The notes: generated by a model from the sequence alone, not told the origin. A DNA stretch of 46,533 nucleotides from Bacteroidales bacterium (GCA_028282585.1 JANQHR010000068.1:1-46533), one strand, 5' to 3'. Shown: positions 1 through 10,730, numbered from the stretch's first letter. Translations and numbers: made by a program.

Positions 1-91
1 ACATTAAGGGGAGTGGTGGATATTAAATTTTTCTTATTTCGTGTAGCTAAAATATGGGCTTAACTTTTTATAAATCCACCATAATTTTCAA

Positions 92-185
92 GTGATCCGA
101 GAACCCAGGTTCGAGCTAGGCGAAGCGTTTTCATGAGCCAATCTGCCGATTAGGTAGGTGAAGCGAATAATCCTGATGGGATCAC
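92..185. repeat. Structured element with terminal inverted repeat, ending in a tRNA-3'-end-like sequence
   Basis: GTGATCC (92-98) pairs with GGATCAC (179-185). Internal GAACC-CA-GGTTC hairpin at 101-112. It ends in AATCCTGATGGGATCAC, resembling the T-arm/acceptor 3' half of a tRNA. GC-rich patch in an AT-rich intergenic region; no full cloverleaf could be drawn. Confidence 0.4.
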
Positions 186-505
186 AAATAATTTAATTAT
201 GATCCAAATAGGATCTCTAACAAAATAGAAATCTCTTTTGTTTCAATTTGCTATATATACGAAATAATTTGAAGAAGGATAAAATTACTTTACAATATCA
301 ATAATTCTTCATAATTTTATTTGCACTTACCTTTTAGAGCGTATTTTTTATCGGAATAGAGTACAGGCAATCTAATAATTACTGAGTTATTAGCTGTTTT
401 TAAGTTTTAGATATAATAGATATGCTTATATTAAAACTACAATATAAATTATCTTACATCCGGATAATTCTTTACAAATAGAATTAGAATGAAAATAATT
501 AAACC

Positions 506-3500
506 ATGAAAAAAGGGATTATACCTCAAACAGTTTATTCTGGAATTACATTTACAACGATTCTTATAATACTATTTGCTTTTTTACTTTATTTTTTTGT
601 TTCGGTAAAAAATAATGAAAATGATATAACTGAAAGAGGCTTTCGTATACTAGACCAGTATTCCACGAACTTAAATAAGAGAATTGATAATTACGAATCG
701 ATGGCTACTAATGAAAATAAAGAAAAAAATGCATTTTTCAATTTTAGCCTTGATTCAATTATGGGTTATCCAAAAGAAAAAGACTACACTAAATTAATAG
801 AATTCTCGAAAAGTATTAAGAATGAAAATGCAGGTAGTTTGCTGTACAATGTTTCAACAAAGGTTATGGTGAATGATATTTTTAGTGATGAGGTTTTTTC
901 TGATTACTTACTAATTAAAGATGAAGAGGTAATATTTAAAACCCTTAGTTTGGAATTTGATATAGATAGTTTAGATTCATTTTCAACAAAGGTTTTAATA
1001 GAAAATAATAGGAATAAGACGCTTTTTTCTTCAAAGGGAGATAATTTGGTAAATAGTGGAGAGTATTTTAAGTCGGGATATATTGCTGATATTAATATTG
1101 CTCAAATAAAATACAAACTATTTCTATATCCAATACTGCCAAAACCCAAAAACGCTGGAGGAGAAAAATGGTATATTGGAGGACTAATTGAGAAGAATGA
1201 TTTTGTAAAAGCAAAGAGATCAGTTCCCGCCTTGGTAATCATTCTAATAACATTAATTTTTATTGCTGTTATAATAAGCTTTCCAGTTCTTAAATTGTTT
1301 ATATTAAAAGCAATAGAACGAATACAGGTTAGGAATTTATATTATGCAGGCGTTGCTCTTATAATAGGTTTTGCAATTTTAAACATATTATACCTTCATT
1401 TATTATCTACTAAATATTTAAGCGATCGGTCACAAAAAACTCTTGAAATATTAAATGATACAATTAGGAACTCACTCGAAAAAGAAGTAAGTGAAGCTTA
1501 TAAAACATTAATAAGTTTAGATAAGAATAAGAGTATAAACGAAAGTCAGAATAATTTTTTTGGAAAAAATTGGACCAAAAATAGAGGCTTATCAAAGTAT
1601 GATTCATTGTCTAATACAGGATCGAATGGATTTTATAAGTTCTTCAAAACCGCTTTCTGGATGGATAATGCAGGAAATCAATTGCTTCAATTAATTTCTT
1701 GGAAGGATCCTATAAATTTAATTAACTTAAGTGCTAGGGATTATTTTAAAGATTATAGCAGATGGAAATTGACAGATTTAAATGTAGATGATTCCAGGTT
1801 ATTTAATCTACAATCTATTTATTCGAATACATCGGGAGAAGCATTGGTTGCTCTTTCTGTCAAATCTAATAAAGGAGAAATTAATTATAAGTTAAGAAAT
1901 AAAGACATAAATGGTTATGCTGAAGTTGCGGCAATAACTACACCCATGTATTCAATTATTGAGACTATTTTACCTAAAAATTTAGAATTTAGAATTATCG
2001 ATAATGATGGAGAAGTGTGGTTTCATAATAATAAAAACAAGAACCTAAAAGAAAATCTATTTATAGAATCAAAGTATAATAGAAAACTAATAACATTTAT
2101 TAAAAATAGAAATAATGAACCTTTAAAGCTGAAATTATATAATCGCAACTATTATGCACATATAAGCCCTATAAAGTTTACTGATTTGTATTTAATTACA
2201 CTAGAAAGTAAAAATAGAAATATATTCCAAAATGCTCGTATTAGTATTGCTTTGTTAGTTTATTTAACTTTATTTTTAAGTATAGGTTTAATAGTAATCA
2301 TATTGCTATCCATAAATTATTTCTCAAATCATAAAGTTAATAAACATCTAATTTCATTAGCATGGTTAATACCAAAACCTAAAAAATCGAAATATTATAA
2401 AATCCTTGCTGTTAATAATATTATTCAAATTTTGGTGTTGTTGATTCTTACAACATTAGTAAGGATGTACTCAATTGAATATCTGAGTAACACAGTCATA
2501 TTTAGTTTAAGTGTTGTTCTGCTTAATATTTTCTTTAACTATTACTTATTAAAAGTAAATGAAGATAGTTATAAAAAATCTAAACATCGAAATTTGATGT
2601 TTGCTTTTGGCATAGTACTACTTGTAATTTCAGTTTTATTAAGCATTATTGATCATAGATATTGGATATATGCCGGTTTAATTTTATTTCAGATTTTCGT
2701 GTTTATTCTAATGATTGGAAATTATAAAATAATAACAAGACTATTTAAAAAAGATTATTTAGCTACATATAGAACATATTTTGTAACAACTATTGTTCTG
2801 GTTAGCATGTCAATTCCATCATATATTTATAAAACATTGTTTGTAGAAAGCCAGTTGAATAATTTAATGGATCAACAGTTTCATATTGCAGAAAAAACAG
2901 AAGAAAGAAATTTTGGAATTGATGAATATTTTAAGAGAAATCTCTATACCAATGAAAAACAATCATTTTTAGATGATATAAAATCTAATAAGAAAGAAAA
3001 AGGAAATTATAGTTTTGTTCATTCAAATACAGAAACTATAAAAAATGTAGAACAAAAGAAAGTGTTGGATACAGCAAGATGCGCTAGTAATTTAACATCA
3101 TTTTATTTTTTATTAGATAATATAACTGGACAGAAAAATGCCCAAGTTATAAGCTTAGGTGAAGAAAAAGCTTACGATAATAATTGGGAATGGGTTTTAT
3201 ATAATCCAGCTAATGACAGAATTAGTAATAATAAAAAATTAAGATTTAGATTTGATCAAAAATATATAGAGAATAACGAAGAAAAAATTAAAAGATCATA
3301 CATTGAATCAGACTTCCAAAATAAAAGCCCAATATGGATATTTAATAGAAATTTACTCAGTTATGCTTTTGCAATATTAATAACAGTTATGTTTATTAGC
3401 TACATAATAGGGCTATTATTGAAAAGGATATTTCTAAATTGGAAAGATAGTACAGTTAGAAAATATAGTTTAGATCAAGCAATAAAATCTTTAAAAAGAA

Positions 3501-4462
3501 CTTCCGGTAATGGTGTTTTTGTAAATCTTCTTGATTATGATGAGGTTAAGCAAAAAATAAAAGATAATATTCATACTAAAAACTCATATCATATTTTAGA
3601 TATTTATACCGATTTTAATACCATAAAAACAAAAAAAGGCGATATATATTTTTATTTTGGCTTATCAGATAATATTTACCAACTTTTAAATGAACTAGAG
3701 CAAATATCTAATTTCCAAAGTAATCCCCATGTATCAATCGTAATATTATCGAAATATACTCCAAATCAGATTATTAAAGGTATTAAAAATAAGGAGGATA
3801 TAAATAAGGATGAATATCTGGCAACTTTATCAAAGTTAAAAGAGTTTTTTGCTAGCTATATTTCATTGTATTTAAAGAATTCTGAAACAAAAATGTATGC
3901 TAATGAATTTTCAAAAGAATTATCAGTTTCTAACTATTTGTTCGGATTAAAAGAGTTATTAAAATATAATAAAAATCAATTAAATGAAAATAAAATAACT
4001 AAAGATCAAATTGTTAGAATAAAAGAAGTTGCAGGCAACTATTACAGATATTTGTGGAATTCATGTACATTAGAAGAGCAATTTATATTATACGACTTAG
4101 CTACAGATTCAATAGCGAATATTCAAAATCGTGATGAACTAATGGCATTGATAGGAAAAGGCTTGATAAAGAATGAGAACGGAATAAAAGTTATGAATAA
4201 AAGCTTTGCAAGTTTTATTATGGATCAGGTAAGTAAGGATAAACTTGTTTATATGGAAATTGAAGCAAAACGAACGGGAGGTTGGAATAAATTTAGAATA
4301 CCGTTATTATTAATCGGAATAAGTATAGCCATATTTATATTTACAACACAGCAAGATTTATTAGCAAAACTATACGGAGTCTTAATTTCATTAGGTGGTG
4401 TAATTAGTGTAATTTCAAGGTTTAATCTCATTTTTAATAAAAGTAATACTAATGTAACCTAA
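506..4462 (+). CDS. Large polytopic membrane protein with two extracytoplasmic Cache-like sensor regions and a C-terminal wHTH-like segment
   Basis: 1318-aa ORF with roughly 12-13 hydrophobic segments. Cache-like motifs NLSARDYFK and FRIIDNDGEVWFH. C-terminal YRYLWNSCTLEEQFILYDLA...LIGKGLI is like the wHTH that follows STAND/AAA NTPases. No kinase or cyclase motif seen. Confidence 0.7.
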   Translation: MKKGIIPQTVYSGITFTTILIILFAFLLYFFVSVKNNENDITERGFRILDQYSTNLNKRIDNYESMATNENKEKNAFFNFSLDSIMGYPKEKDYTKLIEFSKSIKNENAGSLLYNVSTKVMVNDIFSDEVFSDYLLIKDEEVIFKTLSLEFDIDSLDSFSTKVLIENNRNKTLFSSKGDNLVNSGEYFKSGYIADINIAQIKYKLFLYPILPKPKNAGGEKWYIGGLIEKNDFVKAKRSVPALVIILITLIFIAVIISFPVLKLFILKAIERIQVRNLYYAGVALIIGFAILNILYLHLLSTKYLSDRSQKTLEILNDTIRNSLEKEVSEAYKTLISLDKNKSINESQNNFFGKNWTKNRGLSKYDSLSNTGSNGFYKFFKTAFWMDNAGNQLLQLISWKDPINLINLSARDYFKDYSRWKLTDLNVDDSRLFNLQSIYSNTSGEALVALSVKSNKGEINYKLRNKDINGYAEVAAITTPMYSIIETILPKNLEFRIIDNDGEVWFHNNKNKNLKENLFIESKYNRKLITFIKNRNNEPLKLKLYNRNYYAHISPIKFTDLYLITLESKNRNIFQNARISIALLVYLTLFLSIGLIVIILLSINYFSNHKVNKHLISLAWLIPKPKKSKYYKILAVNNIIQILVLLILTTLVRMYSIEYLSNTVIFSLSVVLLNIFFNYYLLKVNEDSYKKSKHRNLMFAFGIVLLVISVLLSIIDHRYWIYAGLILFQIFVFILMIGNYKIITRLFKKDYLATYRTYFVTTIVLVSMSIPSYIYKTLFVESQLNNLMDQQFHIAEKTEERNFGIDEYFKRNLYTNEKQSFLDDIKSNKKEKGNYSFVHSNTETIKNVEQKKVLDTARCASNLTSFYFLLDNITGQKNAQVISLGEEKAYDNNWEWVLYNPANDRISNNKKLRFRFDQKYIENNEEKIKRSYIESDFQNKSPIWIFNRNLLSYAFAILITVMFISYIIGLLLKRIFLNWKDSTVRKYSLDQAIKSLKRTSGNGVFVNLLDYDEVKQKIKDNIHTKNSYHILDIYTDFNTIKTKKGDIYFYFGLSDNIYQLLNELEQISNFQSNPHVSIVILSKYTPNQIIKGIKNKEDINKDEYLATLSKLKEFFASYISLYLKNSETKMYANEFSKELSVSNYLFGLKELLKYNKNQLNENKITKDQIVRIKEVAGNYYRYLWNSCTLEEQFILYDLATDSIANIQNRDELMALIGKGLIKNENGIKVMNKSFASFIMDQVSKDKLVYMEIEAKRTGGWNKFRIPLLLIGISIAIFIFTTQQDLLAKLYGVLISLGGVISVISRFNLIFNKSNTNVT

Positions 4463-4588
4463 AAGATTTAATAATTAAGTATTGTGGTTAATGCCAGAAC
4501 ATTCATTGGTAATGATTTTTGAAATATCCTCAAAATTTAATATATTGTAAAAAGAGGCTTTTCATTAAATCATCCTAAATTTAAAATT

Positions 4589-5284
4589 ATGGCTAACAAT
4601 ATCTTGTTAAAATACTTAGAAGATAGATATAAATATGAAGTTCCATCAGATGAAGTTAAAAATCCAGGGCCGGTTATTACTATTTCTCGATATTTTGGTT
4701 GCCCGGCCAACATGTGTGCAAACGACTTGGCAGATTTGTTAACTGAAATGGAAGGAACGCAAGATAATCCCTGGAAAGTGATTAATAAAGAAATTCTTGA
4801 GAAAGCGGCAAAAGAACTGGGATTAACCCCGGAAAAAATAGAATTTGTTTTCAAATTTGAAAAAAGAAGTGCTGTTGATGAAATTTTGGAGGCTTTATCG
4901 AGTAAATATTACAAAAGTGAACGAAAAATTAAGAATACAATTAAAGAAGTTATTAGATCTATTGGAGAACAAGGAAGGGTAATTATTGTTGGGCGAGGTG
5001 GGGCAGCAATATTAAAAGATATTCCAAATTCTTTGCATGTAAAACTAATAGCACCTTTAGATTATAGAGTAGATGGAATTAGTAAACGTCATGAAATATC
5101 TCATTATGAAGCAAGAAAACTAGCTGACGAAATGGATAAAAAAAGATCACAGTTAAGAATGGATCTTGCTGGAAGGCAAATGGAGTTAGTAGATTATGAT
5201 TTAATTCTTAATAGTGAGAAATTTAGTGTTGATGAAATTGTTAAAACAGTTGCGAAAGCTTCAGAAATAAGAGGTTTGATTTGA
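4589..5284 (+). CDS. Cytidylate kinase-like family protein (Cytidylate_kin2-type)
   Basis: VITISRYFGCPA P-loop variant, VIIVGRGG, and YDLILNS motifs typical of this family. Confidence 0.85.
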   Translation: MANNILLKYLEDRYKYEVPSDEVKNPGPVITISRYFGCPANMCANDLADLLTEMEGTQDNPWKVINKEILEKAAKELGLTPEKIEFVFKFEKRSAVDEILEALSSKYYKSERKIKNTIKEVIRSIGEQGRVIIVGRGGAAILKDIPNSLHVKLIAPLDYRVDGISKRHEISHYEARKLADEMDKKRSQLRMDLAGRQMELVDYDLILNSEKFSVDEIVKTVAKASEIRGLI

Positions 5285-5303
5285 ATGCGTAAAATACAAA
5301 ATG

Positions 5304-5333
5304 AAAAGTCCGGTGTTAAGCCGGACTTTTTTT
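5304..5333 (+). terminator. Intrinsic terminator
   Basis: AAAAGTCCGG-tgttaag-CCGGACTTTT followed by a T-run, 19 bp after the stop of 4589..5284. Confidence 0.85.
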
Positions 5334-5386
5334 ATCTATGCATTTTAGGCAAATAAACCAGTGTGAGTAAATAGAATTGCATAGAC

Positions 5387-5414
5387 AAGAAGAAAGCCTT
5401 TAGGCTTTCTTCTT
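5387..5414 (-). terminator. Intrinsic terminator of the S8 protease gene
   Basis: Perfect 12-bp stem AAGAAGAAAGCC-ttta-GGCTTTCTTCTT immediately past the minus-strand stop at 5420. Confidence 0.75.
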
Positions 5415-5419
5415 AGGCA

Positions 5420-8400
5420 TTATCTTTTAATAAACTGTTTTATAATTGGTTCTTTTTCATCTTCAATAGAAATGATATATGAACCGGCTGGTAAATCAGA
5501 AATGTCGATTTCTTTTTCACTACCATCAATTTCTTGTGTTTTTACTACAACACCAACCATATTGTAAATACTAATTGTTCCAATTCTACTTCCATTTAAT
5601 ATATTAACTGTAATATAAGTATTTGCTGGATTTGGATAAAGATCTACAGTTGATTTACCATCATTGAAATTATGTTCAATATTAGTAGCAAAATTGAATG
5701 TTGTTGTTGGAAGACAGAAATTAGTTACTTCTGATGATGTAAATGAACCGCCTGAAGCTATAACTGAACCGCCTGTTACTTCTAAAGTGTACGATCCATT
5801 ACCATATGAACAACAAATACCATCGCCATATGAATCTAAGATAGTAAAGTCATAACAATCATTAGCTAATCCATTAATAGGAATTACAAGAGTTGAACCA
5901 TCAGCTTGCGAACCATATGTTCCACCTGATGCAACTGTTGTTCCGCTGCTATTAACTAATGTCCAACTGGTTTCTTCCGGATAGTTGTCAAATGTAATTG
6001 TTAACGTCAGATCAGTTCCTGTAGGTAAAGAACCAGTTGTTAAGCTTATATCATCAATTGCAAAGTCACTTCTATAGCTGGAACCAGTTGTTGCTACGTA
6101 ACGTAATTGTACTAAACTACCTAAATATGCACTTAAATTGATATTTTCCGTATACCAAGAATTTCCTTGATCTCCAGATTTGGTCCATAATGTTGTCCAG
6201 TTTGTACCATCTGCACTTGCTTGTAATTCAATTGTTCCCATATTTGAACCATACATATGATAAGCAAAACTATATGTTGCATTAGATTCTAAAGTTAAAT
6301 CGAAGCAAGGACCATTAAGTATAGCTGTTTTACTTGGATAATTTGGGCTTGAAGATTCTACGTATATGTAATACGTGCCTTCGTTTGCAGAAGATGGCCC
6401 TGTCCTTGATGATGGAGTTCCATTGGCATCAACTGTCCAATCAAGGTCATCAGCACTTTCCTGAGACCAAGTACCTATTCCACTTTCAAATCCTTCTGCA
6501 TAAGGGAAAGAAGTTATTGTTGTATTACATGATAAAGTAGCTTCAGTTGTGGTTACATTAATGCCTGATGATTGAGCAGATTCGTTACCTGCTGCATCAT
6601 AAGCGGAAACCTTAACATTGTAAGTAGTATTCGGACTTAAACCAGTAACTGAAGTAGAAGTTCCGGTTGCGTTACTTACATGTGAACTGTTTACATAAAT
6701 TTTATACCCGGTTACACCAACATTATCTGTGGATGCATTCCAACTAATATCAAATGAAGTAGAGCCAACGTTTGAGGATGAAAGTCCGGTTGGTACAGTA
6801 GGAGGATCAGTGTCTACACTACCACCTGCGGATAAAACGGCATCATATGCATTAACCATTCCAGCTCCGTATTCATTAGGATTATAAGCACTAAAACTAT
6901 TATTAGCTGTATTGGCAAGAATAGTTTCTACCTGTGATTTAGTTAAAGAAGGATCTACTGAAAGTACAAGAGCAGCAACACCTGAAACTATAGGAGTTGC
7001 ACCAGAAGTACCACCCATATACATGTAATAATTATTGCTTGTCCATCCTAAAGAACCCATTCTATCCGTTGATGGACATCCATAATCACCTGAAGGAGAG
7101 CCGCCAACCCAATTATCATCAGATGGAGCACAAATATCTAAAGCAGGCCCATAATTACTAAAATTACTACGTTCAGCGTCACCAGAGATACCTCCAACTG
7201 CCCATACAGTTGATAAATTAGCAGGATAACCAACACAATCAAAAAAGTCATTTCCTGATGCTACAAAAATCAAACATCCTTTACCACTACGTCCATTACT
7301 TGCAGCACTAGCAAAAGCTGCAGTAACTGAAGCATCATTATAAGTACACGACCCCCAGCCCCATGAATTTGAAAGGATATCTGCACCCTGATTTACTGCC
7401 CAGGTAATACCATCAGCAACATCAGAATTAGAAGTATTAGGAGCAAAAATATTTACACTAAAATAATTTACATTTGGAGCAACTCCTTTACCTCCAAGGT
7501 TATTATCATGTTGAGACATAATTAATCCTGCTACTAATTGACCATGTCCATCACCAGAAGCTGACGGAGTACCATCACCATTATTTGCAGGAGTATAACC
7601 AGTTAAAGGAGTAGGCATATCCTCATGAGAATTGTCAATACCATCGTCAATAACCGCAATTGTAATATTTGAAGAACCAGTTGTAATTGTCCAAGCTTCC
7701 GGTGCGTCTATATCAGTATTAGAAACTAAGGGGCTACCATTGTAAGAAGTTCCACCGGTGTTATTTAAATGCCATTGATACTGGTAAAGGGGATCTGCAA
7801 ATTTCCTGATATCACTTTTGAAATCAGGACCACCCCAATTTAACACGCCCATTTCATTGAGCTCTTGCACAAGTAAAAATTGATTTTCAATTTTTTCAAC
7901 ATTAAAAACATCAAAAGATTCATCTAAACTTCTCCTCTGATATTCTGCTCCATAACTTTCAAAGATTTCTGCAAAATCTTCATAATTATAACCATCTTTT
8001 AAACTAATTGATACGCGTTTTGTTAAAAACACTTGAACGTCTCGGTCTGTAAATGCCGGCAATACATCGTATGCTCCTTCATTTTGTAAACCGTACGATT
8101 TTAGAGTTTCTTCACGATTTTCGAGTAGGTCAACTGATTTAGTTGATGTAGATTTAACAAGGATCATACCTTTAAGATCCATAGCTTCAATTTCTGCATC
8201 AGCAGAACTTTTTTCACGCATGAAGTTTTGTTTAAATTTAGTAGTTGTCTCTTTTGAAACAACATCATCTTTAAAATAAACTGCCAAGGCGCTGTAATCA
8301 GGTTCAATATAAACCTTTCCTTGTGACCCGATATAATACAGGTCGGATTTAGCTTTTGTCCAGTCTTGTGCGTATGTATTAAATGCAATACTTACTAGAA

Positions 8401-8446
8401 CAGAGATAACAAAAGTTGCCTTACTTAGAGTAAAGATTTTTTTCAT
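5420..8446 (-). CDS. T9SS-secreted subtilisin-like S8 serine peptidase with FN3 and MAM domains
   Basis: Signal peptide (AYA-Q). Catalytic motifs IAVIDDG, DGHGQLVAG, ASGND and GTSGATP. FN3 (DTDPPTVPTGL...VKVSAYDAAGNES), MAM (FPYAEGFESG...FAYHMYG...AIDDI) and a T9SS CTD (LYPNPA...IDISDLPAGSYII). Confidence 0.92.
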   Translation of the reverse strand: MKKIFTLSKATFVISVLVSIAFNTYAQDWTKAKSDLYYIGSQGKVYIEPDYSALAVYFKDDVVSKETTTKFKQNFMREKSSADAEIEAMDLKGMILVKSTSTKSVDLLENREETLKSYGLQNEGAYDVLPAFTDRDVQVFLTKRVSISLKDGYNYEDFAEIFESYGAEYQRRSLDESFDVFNVEKIENQFLLVQELNEMGVLNWGGPDFKSDIRKFADPLYQYQWHLNNTGGTSYNGSPLVSNTDIDAPEAWTITTGSSNITIAVIDDGIDNSHEDMPTPLTGYTPANNGDGTPSASGDGHGQLVAGLIMSQHDNNLGGKGVAPNVNYFSVNIFAPNTSNSDVADGITWAVNQGADILSNSWGWGSCTYNDASVTAAFASAASNGRSGKGCLIFVASGNDFFDCVGYPANLSTVWAVGGISGDAERSNFSNYGPALDICAPSDDNWVGGSPSGDYGCPSTDRMGSLGWTSNNYYMYMGGTSGATPIVSGVAALVLSVDPSLTKSQVETILANTANNSFSAYNPNEYGAGMVNAYDAVLSAGGSVDTDPPTVPTGLSSSNVGSTSFDISWNASTDNVGVTGYKIYVNSSHVSNATGTSTSVTGLSPNTTYNVKVSAYDAAGNESAQSSGINVTTTEATLSCNTTITSFPYAEGFESGIGTWSQESADDLDWTVDANGTPSSRTGPSSANEGTYYIYVESSSPNYPSKTAILNGPCFDLTLESNATYSFAYHMYGSNMGTIELQASADGTNWTTLWTKSGDQGNSWYTENINLSAYLGSLVQLRYVATTGSSYRSDFAIDDISLTTGSLPTGTDLTLTITFDNYPEETSWTLVNSSGTTVASGGTYGSQADGSTLVIPINGLANDCYDFTILDSYGDGICCSYGNGSYTLEVTGGSVIASGGSFTSSEVTNFCLPTTTFNFATNIEHNFNDGKSTVDLYPNPANTYITVNILNGSRIGTISIYNMVGVVVKTQEIDGSEKEIDISDLPAGSYIISIEDEKEPIIKQFIKR

Positions 8447-8598
8447 TTGTTTAAGTTTAGGTTAATAAATGAGTTAAATAATTGATTGTGTAATGTATAA
8501 TAAAAAAAGATAAAAAACTCTTTAAATCGATAAACGACAATTTGCGAATGACAAAAAGTAAATATTAACTATTTTTCAATTTTGTTTTAAACGATTGT

Positions 8599-8606
8599 TA
8601 TTTTTG
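8599..8606 (+). promoter_or_regulatory. Bacteroidota sigma-A -7 element
   Basis: TATTTTTG matches TAnnTTTG, 34 bp upstream of ATG 8641. Confidence 0.45.
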
Positions 8607-8640
8607 GAGATCAAATTGACTAAATTTTAAAATCAATACT

Positions 8641-9837
8641 ATGAAGAAACTATTAGCAATTTTTGTGTTTACAGCAGCTATTATTACTGTATTTGCACAA
8701 GATAGAAACGAAGTAAAGAAACCAGCCTACGAATTTAAAATTGAAAAAGAGGTAAAAGCAACTCCTGTAAAAAATCAGTTTAGATCTGGCACATGTTGGA
8801 GTTTTGCCGGGTTATCATTCATCGAATCTGAAATTTTAAGATTAGGAAAACCATTAGTGAACCTTTCCGAAGCATGGATCGTACGCCATACTTACTCTGA
8901 AAAAGCGAAAGAGTATGTTCGTTGGCATGGTAACTTAAATTTTGCAGGTGGTGGAGCATTCCATGATGTAACAAATATGATTAAAAAATATGGTATTGTT
9001 CCTGAAGAAGTTTATAGAGGATTAAACTATGGAACAGAAAAATTTGTTCATGGTGAACTTGATGCTGTTTTAAAAGGTTACGTAGATCAGGTAATTAAAA
9101 ATAAAAATAAGGAATTATCAACAGCATGGCATAATGGATTAGAAGGAATTTTAGATGCGTATCTAGATAAAAAGCCAACAAATTTTATCTATAATGATAA
9201 AGAGTACACCCCACAAACTTTTGCAATTGAATTTACCGGAATAAATCCAGATGATTATGTTGAAATTTCTTCGTTTACTCATCATCCATATTATTCGGAA
9301 TTTATACTTGAAGTACCTGATAATTGGATGCTGGGAACAGTTTATAACGTTACATTGGAAGAAATTGGAGAAATTATTGATAATTCTATTGAAAAAGGAT
9401 ATTCAGTTGCATGGGCCGGCGATGTGAGCGAAAAAGGTTTTTCATGGAAAAATGGAGTTGCAATAGTTCCGGATATTAAATTTGAAGAAACAAGTGGAAC
9501 CGATAAAGAAAGATTGACAGGTTTAACAACTAAAGAAAAAAATGAAATTTTATATTCATTCGAAAGGCCATTAAAGGAAATGGAAATTAACCCAGAAATG
9601 CGTCAAAAAGAGTTTGATAATTACAAAACAACTGATGATCATGGAATGCATATCGTTGGAATTGCAAAAGACCAAAATGGTACAAAGTTTTATAAAGTAA
9701 AGAATAGTTGGGGCATAGATAATCCTTATGACGGTTATATATATATGTCTGAAACATTTATCAAATTTAAATTGACCAATATAATGGTACATAAAGATGC
9801 AATTCCTTCTAGTATCGCAAAAAAAATAAATTTATAA
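8641..9837 (+). CDS. C1-family cysteine aminopeptidase (aminopeptidase C/bleomycin hydrolase-like), exported
   Basis: QFRSGTCWSF (Gln/Cys), TDDHGM (His), KNSWG (Asn); signal peptide VFA-Q. Confidence 0.92.
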   Translation: MKKLLAIFVFTAAIITVFAQDRNEVKKPAYEFKIEKEVKATPVKNQFRSGTCWSFAGLSFIESEILRLGKPLVNLSEAWIVRHTYSEKAKEYVRWHGNLNFAGGGAFHDVTNMIKKYGIVPEEVYRGLNYGTEKFVHGELDAVLKGYVDQVIKNKNKELSTAWHNGLEGILDAYLDKKPTNFIYNDKEYTPQTFAIEFTGINPDDYVEISSFTHHPYYSEFILEVPDNWMLGTVYNVTLEEIGEIIDNSIEKGYSVAWAGDVSEKGFSWKNGVAIVPDIKFEETSGTDKERLTGLTTKEKNEILYSFERPLKEMEINPEMRQKEFDNYKTTDDHGMHIVGIAKDQNGTKFYKVKNSWGIDNPYDGYIYMSETFIKFKLTNIMVHKDAIPSSIAKKINL

Positions 9838-9855
9838 CCATATCATAATAATATT

Positions 9856-9887
9856 AAACCGTTATCTATTTTGATAGCGGTTTTTTT
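9856..9887 (+). terminator. Intrinsic terminator
   Basis: AAACCGTTATC-tatttt-GATAGCGGTTT (one G-U pair) plus T-run after the peptidase stop. Confidence 0.8.
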
Positions 9888-9929
9888 AACTTTATCGGTA
9901 ATTAATTGTTATACACAAAAACTGAGATT

Positions 9930-10706
9930 ATGGATTTAAAAATTAAAGATCAAACTTTTATTGTTACCGGAGTTACAAGTGGATTTGGGCGCTCGGTAGC
10001 AGAGCAATTAATGGAACAGGAAGCCAACGTTTTTGGAGTAGCTCGAAGAGGCGAATTGTTGAGTGAATTAAAATATAAATATGATTCGAGATTTGAATAT
10101 TTAAACGCAGATATATCAGAAAAGGGAGCAGTTGATAAGTTAATCGATCAGTTAGGTGTAACAGAGATTCAAGGTGTTTTTGTGAATGCAGGAGGTCCTC
10201 CTGCAAAATCATTTTTGGAAACAGAAATAAGCGATTGGGATGAAGCTTATCAAAAATTGTTACGCTGGAAAGTAAACTTAATTAAAAAATTGTTGCCTAA
10301 ACTAATTAATAAAAAATATGGCAGAATCCTTTTTCTTGAAAGCTCATCGGTTAAACAGCCTATCGAAAACTTAGTTTTAAGCACATCATTGAGAATGTCT
10401 GTAGTGGGAATGGCAAAAACTCTATCACAAGAGATTGCAGATAAAGGAATAACTGTTAATATCTTAGCGCCAGGATCGCATAATACGCAGGCTATTGAAC
10501 GTTTGATTCAAAAGAAAAGTGAGTTGGACGAAATATCATATAATGAAACCAAATCGCTTTTTGAAAAGAATACTAAAGTTGGATTTATGGGGGACCCTGA
10601 GGATCTGGCTTCTTTAGCCCTTTGGTTGTTGTCACCAATATCAAAATATATAACCGGACAAACTATTTCTGTTTCAGGAGGTTCAATTCTTGGGGTTTAT
10701 GGATAA
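9930..10706 (+). CDS. SDR family oxidoreductase
   Basis: TGVTSGFG Rossmann motif, NAGGPP, ITGQTISVSGG. Start moved to ATG 9930 (MDLKIK). Confidence 0.9.
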   Translation: MDLKIKDQTFIVTGVTSGFGRSVAEQLMEQEANVFGVARRGELLSELKYKYDSRFEYLNADISEKGAVDKLIDQLGVTEIQGVFVNAGGPPAKSFLETEISDWDEAYQKLLRWKVNLIKKLLPKLINKKYGRILFLESSSVKQPIENLVLSTSLRMSVVGMAKTLSQEIADKGITVNILAPGSHNTQAIERLIQKKSELDEISYNETKSLFEKNTKVGFMGDPEDLASLALWLLSPISKYITGQTISVSGGSILGVYG

Positions 10707-10730
10707 CTGATCTTACAAATTCAAAAACAT

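Noticed and set aside
14-81. TGGTGGAT...ATCCACCA inverted repeat
   Set aside because: 8-bp arms 52 bp apart at the window edge with no context to support a function.
92-185. Intact tRNA gene
   Set aside because: Only 3'-end-like and T-loop-like fragments are present; no D-arm/anticodon cloverleaf on either strand.
8527-8554. AAcGACAA/AAtGACAA repeat in the divergent protease promoter
   Set aside because: Only 8 bp with a mismatch at 14-bp pitch in AT-rich DNA; could arise by chance.
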